Below are positions 11,241 to 23,989 of a stretch of 64,000 bases of DNA, piece by piece; the first letter of the stretch is position 1; each line of letters starts with the position of its first letter. The stretch is taken from contig NC_135805.1 of assembly GCF_964213995.1 (NCBI RefSeq), forward strand, positions 66,774,001 to 66,838,000, read 5' to 3'. Origin of the DNA: Mustelus asterias (Eukaryota). Below the pieces are notes generated by a model, which saw only the letters and a list, made by a program, of their open reading frames with translations, made no database searches and had not been told where the DNA came from. Position numbers and translations under genes: made by a program.

Positions 11241-12680
11241 AACCAAAACGACTTTCCTCTGTGCCAGGTATAGCTCCAACCGGTGGAAAATTTTCCCCTG
11301 ATATCCATTGACTTCAATTTTGCTAAGACTCCTCAATGACACATTCAATCAAATGTTTTTATATGTCAAGGCCAGTCACTCTTGCCTCGTTTCTAAAATT
11401 CAGGAACCCAAAGTGAGCTTCAGTGAGCAGTTTATTGGTAAGTAAATGCCACTTAATAGCACTGAACAATCTTTCATCCCTTTGCTGATGATTGGGCGTA
11501 AGCTGATGTGCAGTAGTTCACCAGATTGCATTTACCTTTCTTTTTGTGTATAGGACCTACCTGAGCAATTTGTCACATAGTTGGGTAGATGCCAATGTTA
11601 CTACTTCAGTACCATTGGAACAACTTGGCAAGAGGCCCAGCTAGTTTCAGAGCACAGATTTTGAGCACAGTGCTGATATGTTGTCAGGGCTCATAGCCTT
11701 GATTGCATCTAGTGTGCTCAGTCGTTTCTTGATTTCATGTGGAGTGAATGGAATTGGCTGAAGATTGGCATCTGTGGTGGTGGGAAGAGGCCGAAATGGA
11801 TTATCCACTCGGCCTTTCCGGAAGAAGATGATCACAAATGTTTCAGCCTTGCCTTTGGCACTGATGTGCAAGGCTCCCCCATCATCGAAGGTGGTGACAA
11901 CCATGAAGTTTCCTTCTCCAATTAATTGTTTAATTGTCCACCACCATTCAAAATTGGATGTGACAGGACTGCAGAGTTCTGATCTGATCCATTAGCTGTG
12001 GAAATGCTTTCTTCCTTCAATAGCATGCTGCCCTCACTATTTAGCTTGTGGTAGTCTTTTGTTGTAGCTTCATTACATTGGCATCTCATTTTTAGGTACA
12101 TCCAGTGCTGCTCTAGACATGATCTTCTGCACTTCTCTTGGAGCCTTGTGTGATAGTAATAGCAAAGTGAGAGAGATCTGAGCCATGAGGTTACAGGTTG
12201 TGGTGGAATATAATGCAGCTGCTGATAAGTCCAATGTGCCTCATGGATGTCTAGTCTTGCATTGCTAGATTTGTTCCTTTTAATATGGTGGTAGTGTCAA
12301 ACAACTAAAAGAAAGTGTCCTCATTGTGAAGATGGAATTTTGTCTCCAAAATGATTATGTGATCCTCATCCCTACCAACACTACTATGGGAGTGGATCGT
12401 GGATTGACAGATTGGTGAAGAGAAGGTAAAATAGGTGTTTTCCTTGTGTTGGTTTTGCCATAGGTTTCGTCTGGCAGATATGTCTATTAGAACATGGCCA
12501 TCTTGGTTAGTCGTGTGCCACCAAGCCAGTCTTGGTGATGGGGTATTGAAGTTCCCCCAGCCAGACTACATTCTACATCCTTGATATTCTCAGTACATCT
12601 TCCAAATGATGCTCAACATGAAGGAGTGTTGGTTCAACTGCTGAAGGAGAGAGTAGGTAGTAATGATTAAAAGGTTCCCT

Positions 12681-13689
12681 TGTCCATGTACCAGCGGAGT
12701 GCCACAGGGATCAGTGCTTGGTCCTCTGCTATTTGTCATTTTTATAAATGACTTGGAGGAGGGGGCTGAAGGGTGGATCAGTAAATTTGCTGATGACACC
12801 AAGATTGGTGGAGTAGTGGATGAGGTGGAGGGCTGTTGTAGGCTGCAAAGAGATATAGATAGGATGCAGAGCTGGGCTGAAAAATGGCAAATGGAGTTTA
12901 ACCCTGACAAATGCGAGGTGATTCATTTTGGTAGGACAAATTTAAATGTGGATTACAGGGTCAAAGGTAGGGTTCTGAAGAATGTGGAGGAACAGAGAGA
13001 TCTTGGGGTTCATATCCATAGATCTCTGAAGGTTGCCACTCAAGTGGATAGAGCCGTGAAGAAGGCCTATAGTGTGTTGACGTTCATTAACAGGGGGTTT
13101 GAGTTTAAGAGCCGTGGGGTCATGCTGCAACTGTACAGGACCTTGGTGAGACCACATTTGGAATATTGTGTGCAGTTCTGGTCACCTCACTATACGAAGG
13201 ATGTGGAGACACTGGAAAGAGTGCAAAGGAGATTTACCAGGATGCTGCCTGGTTTGGAGGGTAGGTCTTATGAGGAAAGGTAGAGGGAACTTGGGCTTTT
13301 CTCTTTGGAGCGGAGGAGGTTGAGAGGAGACTTGATAGAGGTTTATAAGGTGATGAGGGGGATAGATAGAGTGAATGTTCAAAGACTATTTCCTCGGGTG
13401 AATGGAGTGGTAACTAGGGGGCATAACTATAGGGTTCATGGTGGGAGATATAGGAAGGATGTCCGAGGTAGGTTTTTTACTCAGAGAGTGGTTGGAGTGT
13501 GGAATGGGCTGCCTGCAGTGATAGTGGAGTCAGAAACTTTAGGAACATTTAAGAAGCTATTGGATAGGCACATGGAGTACTTCGGGATGATAGGGAGGAA
13601 ATAGCTTGATCTGGGTTTCAGACAAAGCTCGGCACAACAACGTGGGCCGAAGGGCCTGTTCTGTGCTGCACTGTTCTATGTTCTATGTT
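12681..13689 (+). mobile_element. Young 5'-truncated CR1 LINE (RT domain to 3' tail)
   Basis: SGVPQGSVLGPLLF...KFADDTK...EYCVQFWSP; a single in-frame TAG at 13281-13283 splits the ORF; (TTCTATG)n tail. Confidence 0.95.
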
Positions 13690-14246
13690 TGATTCAATGC
13701 TAGTTATTAATTTTCAGGATCAGCCACAGATAGAGTCATAATTTTATCACCAGTTTCCCTTTTTCTCATTTAAAAGCAGTACAAAGATAACACTGTGCCC
13801 ATCATTCACATCAGAGACTATTTCACTGAGTCTTGTTGTAAACATATGGATTGATTTGCTGAAGACAGTGTTCCAAATGCATGTGCTTCTTAATGTTACT
13901 CACATAGCAGGAATCGAGCAGAAGGATTCTCACACCTTGCTGTTTGTGTTGTTATTCTGTGGACACTACATAGCATTGTAGATAAAAGGGAATAGGCAGC
14001 TGTGACTGTAACGATGGAGAAAAGTCATTGGCTTTACAAGTAAAGTGTCTGACCAGTGTTCTTAATGGGACTTTATAGTACTAGGCACTGAATTTTTTGG
14101 TGATCACATTGGTGATGGTTCTTTGGTGGGCTGGAGCCCTGACCCTATTCCAGGGAGAGTTAAATATTTGACTAGACACCAAAACAATTCATTGCTGGCA
14201 CAGTCCATTCGGGAAGCGTGGACATGGAATTTTGTCCTTCATTGCT

Positions 14247-14421
14247 AAAGTAAGAAATCTCACAACGCCAAGTTAAAGTCCAACAGGTTTATTTGGCATC
14301 AGGTGAGGAGCAGCGCTCCGAAAGCTCGTGATACCAAACAAACTTGTTGGACTTTAACCTGATGTTGTGAGACTTCTTACTGTGCCTACCCCAGTCCAAC
14401 GCCGACATTTCCACATCATGG
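14247..14421. mobile_element. Penelope-like family A inverted-repeat insertion
   Basis: Arms at about 14249-14301 and 14329-14381 are reverse complements; partial hammerhead (GGAGCAGCGCTCC GAAA GCTC GTG); 10-bp TSD CTTCATTGCT at 14237-14246 and 14422-14431. Confidence 0.82.
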
Positions 14422-14527
14422 CTTCATTGCTGGAGGGATGGAGTTTAAAAACAGGGAGGTTATGTTGCAGCTGCATAAGGTGCTGGTGAGGCCACACCTG
14501 GAGTACTGCATACAGTTTTGGTCTCCT
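14422..14527 (+). mobile_element. CR1 RT fragment (host of the PLE insertion)
   Basis: [35 protein letters not shown]. Confidence 0.8.
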
Positions 14528-14559
14528 CTTTTCTTGACTTGAATAAATTGTCCATGCTT

Positions 14560-15350
14560 CTCTTTTAAAGAAGGGTGCTGAGAACACAAACCTAGTCTGC
14601 ACAGAGTTTTGTATTTTTGATTAATCTGCTTTCGGTCCACATTCAAATTCTGAACTTTGACATAACCACTGCGGCCTTGGCGATTCTGGTGCTGATCTTG
14701 GCATCAAGGAACAAGCTGGTTGTAATTGTTGATTCAGAGTGAGGTTGTCAATGTTTATAGAAGGTGGAGTCTGTATGTCGTAGCCCATAAGTGTTTTCTT
14801 CCTGATGCCGATTGGCAGTCCAAGCTGCTTGCAGGACCGGAAGAACTATTCTACAAGCTGTTGCAAGTGAACTTCAGTATGAGATGCCATCAGGAAACAA
14901 CAGCTTACAGACTAGGGTATTACATACTTTGGTCTTGGCGCACAGTCTTGCCAAGTTGAACAGCATGCCATCAGCTCTGCTGTGTTGGTAGACACCCTCA
15001 TTTGAGTTGCCGAGAAGTGTACAATAGCAGCATGGAGAGGAATATGCCAGAGAGAGTTGGCGGCAGACACGGCCCTGCTTTACTGCACGGCTGTTCTTGA
15101 AAGCATCTGTTGCTCCATTGTAACTGACAAAACTACATTTTCTCATGACAAGAAGAAATGACGTTCAGGTGGCCACCCGTTCTTCTGCAGCAGTTTAAAG
15201 AGTCCATCTTTGTTGACCAGATCAAAGACCTTGGTGAAGTTTATTATAACAATGTAGAGTAGTCTGCGCTATTCACACACTTGTATAACTATGAAGTGAG
15301 AAAATCATGTCAACTGTTGACCTGCCATTGTTTAAGCCGTACTGAGACTC
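14560..15350 (-). mobile_element. Degenerate RTE-clade LINE RT fragment
   Basis: ORF 14874-15146 (AVKQG...GVYQHSRADGMLFNLARLCAKTKV...LLFPDG) matches the RTE/BovB-type RT signature. Confidence 0.8.
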
Positions 15351-15351
15351 C

Positions 15352-15545
15352 TATTGTTTTTTGTTCATTCCTTGGATATGGGCATCACTGACTGGCCATC
15401 ATTTATTGCCCATCCCTAGTTTCCCGAGGGCGGTTGAGAGTCAACCACATTGTTGTGGCTCGGGCATCACATGTCGACCAGATCAGGCAAGGACGGCAGA
15501 GTTCCTTCCCTATTAGTGAACCAGATGGGTTTTTCCAACAATTGA
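15352..15545 (-). mobile_element. 3' end of old CR1-like element
   Basis: Minus strand GGGATGGGCAATAAATG...GATGCCCATATCC...GAATGAACAAAA tail. Confidence 0.55.
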
Positions 15546-15689
15546 TGGGTTAGGATTTCTCTTCCTGCCAACCTAACATCATGTCAATGGGGTTTACGAC
15601 AGGTCCTGATAAATAGTGAACTGGAAAAGAGACCCTGCTGGGGTTGCACAGGTAAGTACAACCCCTAGTGGAGGAGAGGGTCAGATCGC

Positions 15690-16490
15690 AAACAATGGTG
15701 AGACGGGGTACATGAAAGAGATAGAGAATCTGGTGAACTGATGACGACAATAATCTCTCCCTCAATGCCAGCAAAACGAAGGAGATAGTCATCGACTTCA
15801 GGATGTGTAATGGAGGACATGCCCCTGTCTACATCAACAGGGATGAAGTGGAAATAGTCAAGAGCTTTAGGTTTCTAGGTGTTCATATCACCAACATCCT
15901 GTCCTGGTCCCTCCATGCCAACGCTATAGTTAAGAAAACCCACCAACGCCTCTACTTTCTCAGAAGACTAAGGAAATTTGGCATGTATGCTACGACTCTC
16001 ACCAACTTTTACAGATGCACCATCGAAAGCATTCTTTCTGGTTGTATCTGGCTCCTACTCTGTCCAAGACCACAAGAAACTACAAAGGGTCCTGAACGAA
16101 GCCAATTCATCAAGCAAACTAGCCTCCCATCCATTGACTCTGTCTACACTTCCCGCTACCTCGGAAAAGCAGCCAGCATAATTAAGGCCTCCAAATACCC
16201 CAGACATACTCTCTTCCACCTTCTTCCATGGGAATAATATACAAAATTTTGAGGACATGTACCCACTGACTCAAGAACAGCTTCTTCTCTACTGCCATCA
16301 GACTTTTGAATGGACCTACTTCATATTAAGTTGATCTTTCTTTACACCCTAGCTGTGACTGTAACACTACATTCTGCACCCTCTCCTTTCCTTCTCTATG
16401 TACGGTATGCATTGTCTATATAGCACGCAAGAAACAATACTTTTCACTGTATATTAATACATGTGACAATAATAAATCAAATCAAATCAA
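15690..16490 (+). mobile_element. 5'-truncated Rex1/Babar LINE
   Basis: NNLSLN.SKTKEIVIDFR, FLGVHIT, QRLYFLRRLRKFG; (AAATC)n tail. Confidence 0.92.
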
Positions 16491-16847
16491 GTGTCATGCC
16501 CGACCAGTGGCGAGGCAGTGCCAGGGGTTGTGCTGGTGGCACTGCGGGGGGGACTTCCATTGGGGAGGTCTGTGGGGGGGCGGGGTCCTTGTGGTGGGTC
16601 CCGTGTCCATGGGAGGTAGTCCCTGGGGAGAAGTCCCATGGAGGAGGAAGGTTTCTTATTTATTTATATATTTATTTGATAGGGGGGCACATCTCTCAGC
16701 AGTGAGCTTGAACTACCAGCATAACGTCGTCTGACTGGCTGCTTCCATTATTTTAGATATGGTGGGAAAACCCGGCAAGGAGCTGGTGGACTGCCCTTTA
16801 CTTTTCCTGTTAGAGACACCATTTCAAAAAATCATAAAATTCAATCC
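16491..16847. mobile_element. GC-rich non-autonomous DNA transposon fragment (Harbinger-like MITE)
   Basis: GC-rich body ending AAAATTCAATCC, similar to the TIR ends of other MITEs here; its other end may lie at about 15548, left of the Rex1 insertion. Confidence 0.45.
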
Positions 16848-16948
16848 ATCTTGTGGAATAGCTTGGCTTGGACATTGCTGTTCATGGTAACAGTCCAGCT
16901 TCTGCAACCCTCTGTCCATTTTTGTTCATCTTGCCAATTCCCTGTGCA

Positions 16949-17317
16949 TGTTAGCTGTATATTCGATACTATCCCTTGCATTGATGTCTCCAAGAAGGTG
17001 TCATCTCTTGGCACTGGATATCCCACTGAAATCAGCGTCAAGTGCCTTATAGGATTGATGCTTGATATTTGAGTGGAGGGAGCGTCACGGCATAGGTGCA
17101 CATATGGTTAATTGGGCCCATGCTAATTGTTGACAGGTGAAGTGTAAGAAGCCTCTGAGCCTTCTGTGGGGGATTCAATCATCGCGAGTGGAGTGTTTAT
17201 TATACTGTGAACCATTAAACGCTCATGTGTTGCCTCTTGAGCTTTCTCCTGTCAGAAGAATGTGTGGTGTGTCTCTTTCAGGGGATCCACTTTGGGAGAG
17301 CCTAGTTTCTTACAACA
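16949..17317 (+). mobile_element. Possible solo LTR
   Basis: TGTTAG...TACAACA ends and an ATTAAA signal near 17214; TSD is only partial. Confidence 0.4.
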
Positions 17318-17339
17318 CAGCACTGTCCACATCGAGCCT

Positions 17340-17579
17340 TGATGTGGAGATGCCGGCGCTGGACTGGGGTAAACACAGTAAGAAGTCTCACAACGCCAGG
17401 TTAAAGTCCAACAGGTTTATTTGGTAGCAAAAGCCACTAGCTTTCGGAGCACTCGCTGCTCCTTTGTCAGGTGAGTGGGATTTCAGGTCACAAACAGGGC
17501 ACATAAAGACACAAACTCAATTTACAAAATAATGGTTGGAATGCGAGTCTTTACAGGTAATCAAGTCTTAAAGGTACAG
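17340..17579 (-). mobile_element. Penelope-like family A 3' terminus with hammerhead motif
   Basis: Homologous to 39392-39620; hammerhead at about 17434-17473 with core CTGACAA. Confidence 0.85.
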
Positions 17580-17957
17580 GGGAGGTGGGTTGGACATTGG
17601 GGCGCTCCGGGATGGGGGGCTGTTGGGGCTGGCCTGGGAATTGTTGTGGGGGCCGTGATTGGGCCATGGGGGTGCTGGAGGGGCAGCACTGTGGGGGTCC
17701 CGGGCTGGCCAGCAATTGAGCTGGCCAGCAAACGGGGAAACTGACAGATCAGGCCACTGCACATGCGAGAGTTCCAGAACTGTCAGGCTCTGGCACGAAT
17801 AGGCCCCCCACACTCCGGGTTTTTAATGATATTCACAATGGTGATCTTCTGCATTGCACAGAGTGGGGAGATTCAGGTCTAAAGTTGCACTGAAAAAAAC
17901 AGTTGTGATCTAGACTGGTTTTCCCACCAATTCACTACTTTTGGGAGAATCGCCCCC
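17580..17957. mobile_element. Harbinger-like MITE, one end
   Basis: Reverse-complement homolog of 21288-21750; ends GGGAGAATCGCCCC. Confidence 0.6.
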
Positions 17958-18088
17958 ATTGCTTCTTGCGCGCTATACAGACAAAGCATACCGTACATAG
18001 AGATGGAAAGGAGAGAGTGCAGAATGTAGTGTTGCAGTCATAGCTAGGGTGTAGAGAAAGATCAACTTAATGCAAGGTAGGTCCATTC
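17958..18088 (-). mobile_element. Rex1 3' UTR fragment
   Basis: Matches 35270-35390. Confidence 0.8.
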
Positions 18089-19364
18089 TGCCAGTGCTCA
18101 GTTTACAATGTGCAGTTCAAGTGTTGGAGAAAACTGCCTGAATAAGAACGTAAGCACCTACAAGGTATAATATATTAGTTACAAAGAGGCACTGACTCCT
18201 TTTAAATCTCAGCAGCCAAAGCCACTTATTTATGGTTTTTACAGAAAAATGGATGGAATTGCAGAACTCAATCCCCAAAGCAATGATAAAAAATCTTGAA
18301 ATCCCATATAATAAAAACTGAATTTGATTTATTCAGTCATCACAATTTCACCACTCTGTCAATAGCCAAAGCTCAAATTCTGATCGCAGTAGCTCAATTG
18401 CAGAATCAGCAGAGTTTTCATCAAAGGAAACTTGTATGTAATAACAATGCGAATGGACCCATCTTGCAAATTAATCTTCAGCAGTATTAATAGTACAGAT
18501 TTTCACTGATGCTCAGCTCGAGGGCTGATTTTATTAATTTGGGATGAAGCTTTGTGTGTCTTCATTTCAGGTCAGTGGGCCATTTCGGATTTACCGCTTG
18601 TTTGATTGTAGGCAAAGTTGAGGCCCAAGAATGTGGTAAGGGGTGATCTGTTTGGCACTTTGCTACCTCTTGGTTGCTGCCATACTTGGTAAATGGTAAT
18701 ATTCCATGCATTATCCTGTGCATTATCTCACACTAACAAATGTGGAGAAAGTGGCACATTCTGAGAAAATTGCCAAAGTAACATCACCCAATAATTAACT
18801 GAGTCAATGGCCTAAGTTTGCATGTTAGACAATTTTGCATGTCTATCTATTGCCCATTTACTTTTACTGCTGATTGCACACACTCCGACTCTAGTTTGGC
18901 ATTGATTCACATTGCAGCTTCCAATTTAAAGTCTTACTGGCGCTCACATCTAAAAGCACCATAACAAAACAAAGTTTCACGATGCACATTCACTTACTGA
19001 GACACATGCTGGCCTGCAATTTTCTTTCATATTCTTTCGCTGCAGAGTAGAGGTACTCCTTCAACTTTAAACATCTGAAAACTACTTCTACACTTACATG
19101 ACAAAATGATATAGAAGGCAAAGGCACAGATCTGCAGTGCTAGAGGAGCCAGAAAAAGAAGGACTTGTATTCCCTTGGAAGAGGATGTCTGTGGTCATCC
19201 TTGAATACCAAACAGAGAAGATCAGGCCACAAATTCCCTCAAACTGGGAACTAATACCATTTTGTTCTTATTCCTGGTTCCACCGAACAAGCCATTCACT
19301 CCTACACAGTATCCATAAACCCAGCATTCAAATATCACACACAGTTAGTATTTGGTAACGCAAG

Positions 19365-19596
19365 GTGAAAAGGTCAAGTCACCACAGTCCCAGATGACCA
19401 GAGGCTGCTCTCTCTCCTTTGAGTGGGGAGAGCTGGCTGGTTGTGATTTAAGCTGAGGATCACCACACCTCAGGCGAGGGGCAAGGTTGAGTAGGCGGGC
19501 CTTCATAAATAACCTCAGCCGGTACGGGAATCAAACCTGCACTGTTGGCATTGCTCTGGATCATGAACCAGCTGTCCAGCCACCTGAGCTAAACCA
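19365..19596 (-). mobile_element. tRNA-derived SINE of a second family
   Basis: Minus strand GGTTTAGCTCAGGTGG (A box) and GGTTTGATTCCCG (B box), then a body unrelated to HE1. Confidence 0.7.
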
Positions 19597-19759
19597 ACTC
19601 CCAATTTTGTAATGTTTGTTGGTATGTCCTGCTATCTGCAAACTTACATGTATCTTTTTTTTGTTATTGTTGCCCTGGACAAACAGCCTGTCAAGCTCTT
19701 AGTGGCTAAGAACAAAATAGTATGCCATATTTGCCGACATCTAGTTCATAGAATAGAAC

Positions 19760-20305
19760 AGCATGGTGGCACAGTGGTTGGCACTGCTGCCTCACAGCAC
19801 CAGGGACCCCGATTCAATTCTAGCCTCAGGTCACTATCTGTGTAGAGTTTGTACATTCTCCCTGTGTCTGTGTGGGCTTCCTCTGGGTCTTCTCATTTCC
19901 TCCCACAGTCCAAAAATGTGCAGGTTAGGTTGATTGACCATGCTGAATTGCCCCTTTGTGTCAGGGGGACTAGCAGGGTAAATACATGGGGTTATGGGGA
20001 TTGTTATCGGTGCAGGCTCGATGGGTCAAATGGTCTCTGTGGTGGACTTCAGTTGTGCCTTTGTCCTGCCTGGACCACCATTGTGTGTTTGTCATACCTG
20101 GACACATCCCCTGCCGGCTCGGCTCCTCCCCTTGTCACCTAGTATAAAGGTGGCTGTTTCCTCCCCCTTGTTCAGTTCGGGTCAGTTGTCCGTTGGGATG
20201 TGGTCCTGGTTCTGTAATGAATAAAAGCCTACAGTTGTATTGGCACACAAGTAGTCTTTTGCCTAATTGATAGCACATCAGTCTCCTTCTGCACTGTAAG
20301 GATTT
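19760..20305 (+). mobile_element. HE1-type V-SINE interrupted by a solo LTR
   Basis: Tail GGTCAAATGGTCTC|CTTCTGCACTGT is split by the LTR. Confidence 0.88.
20038..20280 (+). mobile_element. Solo LTR (243 bp)
   Basis: TG...CA ends, TATAAA near 20143, AATAAA near 20220, perfect 5-bp TSD GTCTC at 20033-20037 and 20281-20285. Confidence 0.9.
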
Positions 20306-21287
20306 TAAAAAATCCCTCTCACTAAAGTTTCCAAGTACAAACACAGCCATACAATTCTGGAGGATGCAGTTGATAACCTTCAGCAGATAACTTAAGGCAC
20401 AGTGAAGAGAACCAAAGTGTGATGGCAGAGGAGGAGCTGCAATCTGCTGTTACTTCTTACTCTTCACTTGGTGAAATCCCCTTCCTTCTATTTTCCTCCA
20501 AACTGCAACTAACTCATTGCCCTCGGTGAATCATACTTTCCAAGTTGGCCTCCAGCAGGCAGAGGGGAGAGCAGGGACACCGGATAATATAAAGGGTTTT
20601 TAAGGTTAAAAATGTATCTCATTCATGGCCTTGCAAGCAGCTGTTGATGTAGGCTGCATGTGTGCTCATGTTGTAGGCCAATGTATTTCACGTGCAGGCT
20701 TTCAAATGTGCTGATTCAGCTCAGTGCAGTTCGAAGGTCATCAGTGGAGGCAGCAATTCTGAGCAGATATTGGTTGACTCACAAAAAATGCATGAATCTC
20801 TACTTTTCCATTTGAGTAGGGACTGGTAAATTTGCAACAGTTAATGCTGCCACCTGGCCAATATGTGCATCAGAACTCTGAAAATGTGAGAATCCCATGT
20901 GAAGTCTCACTTAACAGGGTAGATCAGAAAATTGGGCACTTGATTCATACAGCACCTGATTTTCAGTCATATGTATGCAGTAATCCACTTCTCCCATATC
21001 TGATATCAGCTCAGTCAGCACAGAGCAGGACTGAAACAAAACCCTTACTCGTCTTACCAGCAGCACTTCAGTCTATATGGTCACACATCAAATGTCAAAT
21101 TTACCATTGAGCCATCAGGACTACCCAATGATTTGACTGTGAATTCACAGTGATATTGTTTCTGCATATACCAATCATGGGTTCAAAGAGGTGTCACAGC
21201 AAATTGAAATAGGAACAAGAAAATTTAGCACTGTAACAAGAAACAGCTGAAAAAAGGCCAGAATAATTACATAGAAATAGAAATAAC

Positions 21288-22035
21288 GGCCGGAATTCTC
21301 CCCCAAAAATTCTAAGTGTCGAATTTGCGTGAAAACTGGAGTAATTCACGTTGTTTTTTTCAGTGGGAGTTCAGAGAAGTATCTCCCACACTGTGTCCAC
21401 TGCAGAGGTCACTAGCATGTATATCATTATAAAGCTGTGGGCGAGACCTATTCTTGTCCAGGAGGCCGGCAGCATGGCGCTGAGCGGACATGCGCTGATC
21501 GAAATGGCGCATGCACAGTGGCTCCGCACTGCCGGCTTCCTGATTGCTGGCCAGCTCGATCGTTGGCCAGTCCCGCGATCCCCACATTGCCGGCTCTCCT
21601 AGCCCCCTCATGGGCTGATTGCTGGCACCCCCCCACCATTCCCGGGCCCAGCCCCGAAGCTCAGTCTCCCGGTGAGCCGCGATCTCCAGCCTCTCCTGAT
21701 TCTCCACCCCCACAGTCCCGACAGCCCCAGCAGGCTGACCCCTCACCCCCCCGATCGCTGGCCTCCCTTCTTCCCCCATCAATCCTGAATACAGAGTGGC
21801 AGCGGGACCTACCACCCCCATCGATCGTCCCACCAGGAACCCATCCCACCAAGCCCCGCCCCCGGTCCTTCCCCTCAAGCTCCGCCCCCTTGGCACTGCC
21901 CCATGCCTTATGGCAGCGCTGGGAGACGCTAGCAGGGCTCGCACGCACTCACGCGAACCCTGCAAATCGGCCGACGTGAATCTCGCGGCTGGCTGTGCTA
22001 AAATATTAGTGCAGCGGGATGGGAGTATCATGGCT
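21288..22035. mobile_element. Harbinger-like MITE (about 750 bp)
   Basis: Imperfect TIRs GGCCGGAATTCTCCC / GGGAGTATCATGGC; CpG-rich; homologs at 17580, 46811 and 53389. Confidence 0.65.
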
Positions 22036-22074
22036 GACATGTATAATAAATAGTCGTTTGGAGCCACAGAACCT

Positions 22075-22349
22075 GTGTATTCCTGAAAAGATTTTGTCAA
22101 AGCTTTTCATCTTATACTCATCAGGACAATTATAAGAATACCAAGGGCACGATCTTACCGCTCGTTCATGCCATGCTCCCGCTGCAGTGAGGTTGGAGAA
22201 TTTGGCGGCCAGCCAAAGCTCCATTCACTGCAGCGGGATGGGAAAATCCTGCAGCATGAACAGTGGTAAGATTCCAGCCCAAATGTTATTTGTCCTGACG
22301 AGTGCAAGATAAAAAGCTCCGACAGAATGTATTTTTTTAGCAATATACA
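22075..22349. mobile_element. Penelope-like family C inverted pair with two hammerhead motifs, split by a MITE
   Basis: Minus strand TTGTC CTGATGA GT.....AT GAAA AGCTTT GACAA (about 22094-22129) and plus strand TGTC CTGACGA GTGCAAGAT AAAAAGCTCC GACA (22291-22324). Confidence 0.65.
22145..22280. mobile_element. Short MITE (136 bp)
   Basis: About 27-bp imperfect TIRs GGGCACGATCTTACCGCTCGTTCATGC / GCATGAACAGTGGTAAGATTCCAGCCC. Confidence 0.8.
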
Positions 22350-22904
22350 GTAAAACCCTAATAATCAGTTCATAGTCACGGAACTAGCTTTCATGCTTTA
22401 CTTATCTTCCTCCAAAATTGCAGAACTCTTCTAATAAGTCGACCGTTGTTGTTTCCATGTACCAATCTTTTTAAAGCTGTATAACTCTATGGTTTCCTGT
22501 ATATTACTTTTGAAGTACTTTCCAAAAATAAGATGAACTTGAAGATGTTCGCCTCTATTCCCTTTAATTGCTGAGATATAACCAGACAAAGCCTGTGCAT
22601 TTATTTAGATTTCGAGCTATCATTTATATTTTAGGTTTTTTTAAATAGTTGGATGGAGTTTGAGTCAAAGAAGTGTGGTTAGGACCTCGGTTTGCAGCAT
22701 GGAGCCTGTGGTCTGAAGTACTGTATATACCACAACTTCAAAATAAAAGCAGAAATTAATCACACATCAGAGAATTCATTCCCACTTGCTTAACTTTGAT
22801 CCTGATTTGAGTTACAATGTTGAAGAGTTCCATCAGAATTTTAAAATCCTGCGATTAATTTCCAATCGATTAGTAAGATAGCAATACATTGGGCAGGCTG
22901 TACC

Positions 22905-23090
22905 ATGTCCAAAGATGTGCGGGTTAGGTTGATTGGCCAGGTTAAAATTGCCCCTGAGATGCGTAGGTTAGAGGGATTAGCGGGTAAATATGTGGGGGTA
23001 GGGCCTGGGTGGGATTGTGGTCGGTGCAGACTCGATGGGCCGAATGGCCTCCTTCTGCACTGTAGGGTTTCTATGATTTCTATGTATTCT
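22905..23090 (+). mobile_element. 5'-truncated HE1 V-SINE
   Basis: 3' half nearly identical to 41980-42175. Confidence 0.88.
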
Positions 23091-23102
23091 ATCACATCAC
23101 AG

Positions 23103-23455
23103 GTGGCATAGTGGCACAGTAGTTGGCACTGCTACCTAACAGAGCCAGGGCCCTGGGTTCAGGCCTTGGGTGATTGTCTGTGTTGAGTTTGTGCGTTCTC
23201 CTTGTGTGTGTGGGTTTCCCTTTGGTACTCTGGTTTCCTTCCACACTCCAAAGATGGAGTGGATTAGCTATGGTAAATGCGCATGGTTACAGGATAGTGT
23301 GTGTGTATGTGTGGGGTGAGGGGTGGGGCGGGCGGTGGCGGGCAGGGAAGTGGGGAAGGGAAGGGGGGGTGCGGCTGAGTAAGATGCACTTTCGGAGGGT
23401 TGGTGCAGACTCGATGGGCAGGGTGGCCTCCAACTGCACTGTGGGGATTCTATCA
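23103..23455 (+). mobile_element. Diverged HE1 V-SINE
   Basis: Head, core and tail are recognisable. Confidence 0.8.
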
Positions 23456-23989
23456 CATCCAGCTTGAGTTTAGCTTGAACTATGGTTTCCTGTAGAGCTG
23501 TCAGTATAACTGTGTTGTGGTTACTTTGGACACGTTTACTTTTAATGATCATACAGTTTAGGTCATGGTCATGGGCAAACAGCATTCTTGCTCTGGCTTT
23601 CCCATTTCTCCTATCAGAATCATCGAATCCGCATTTTGTGCAATTAAAGGCATTTGGAGATCTTGCACAGTAGCAGCGCTGGTAAATGTAAACATACTAA
23701 GATCATAACACACAGGAAATACTCACTTTTTCATGGATGTCCCAATCTGCTTTGGGATCTTCAGTGTAAATTCAGCATGTCAGGATTCTTCTGTGCAATG
23801 TAAAATGACATCATGAGATGAATACTCATGATGTAACTCAGCCAGCTTAAATAGCCAGCCAAGTTTCAAATTGAACACCATGCTCGCAAAAATGTGGCAG
23901 AACTCCCATCCACTCATATTTTGATTTGCCTACTCAAATTGTGGGATGAAGTTATGTCTATCTTGTTATCTCCGCCTGCCCTACAATTC

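Larger units (their letters stand above)
9995..12680 (-). mobile_element. Old CR1-like LINE ORF2, interrupted by SINE and PLE inserts
   Basis: ORF 11647-11904 (ISAKGKAETF...FTPHEIKKRLSTLD..KAMSPDNI) plus decayed RT motifs; same family as 57330-57995. Confidence 0.75.

Noticed and set aside
12663-13604. Apparently intact reverse transcriptase gene
   Set aside because: 5'-truncated CR1 with an internal stop; non-autonomous.
19097-19301. Minus-strand AG...GTAAGT exon candidate
   Set aside because: No frame is open through the segment; a lncRNA exon cannot be shown without RNA data.
21360-22100. 246-aa and 180-aa ORFs and CpG-island-like composition
   Set aside because: They lie inside a GC-rich MITE that has homologs in the window; the peptides are low-complexity, so this is not a gene or promoter.
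23728-23791. Minus-strand 64-nt exon candidate with good splice sites
   Set aside because: Stops in all three frames.
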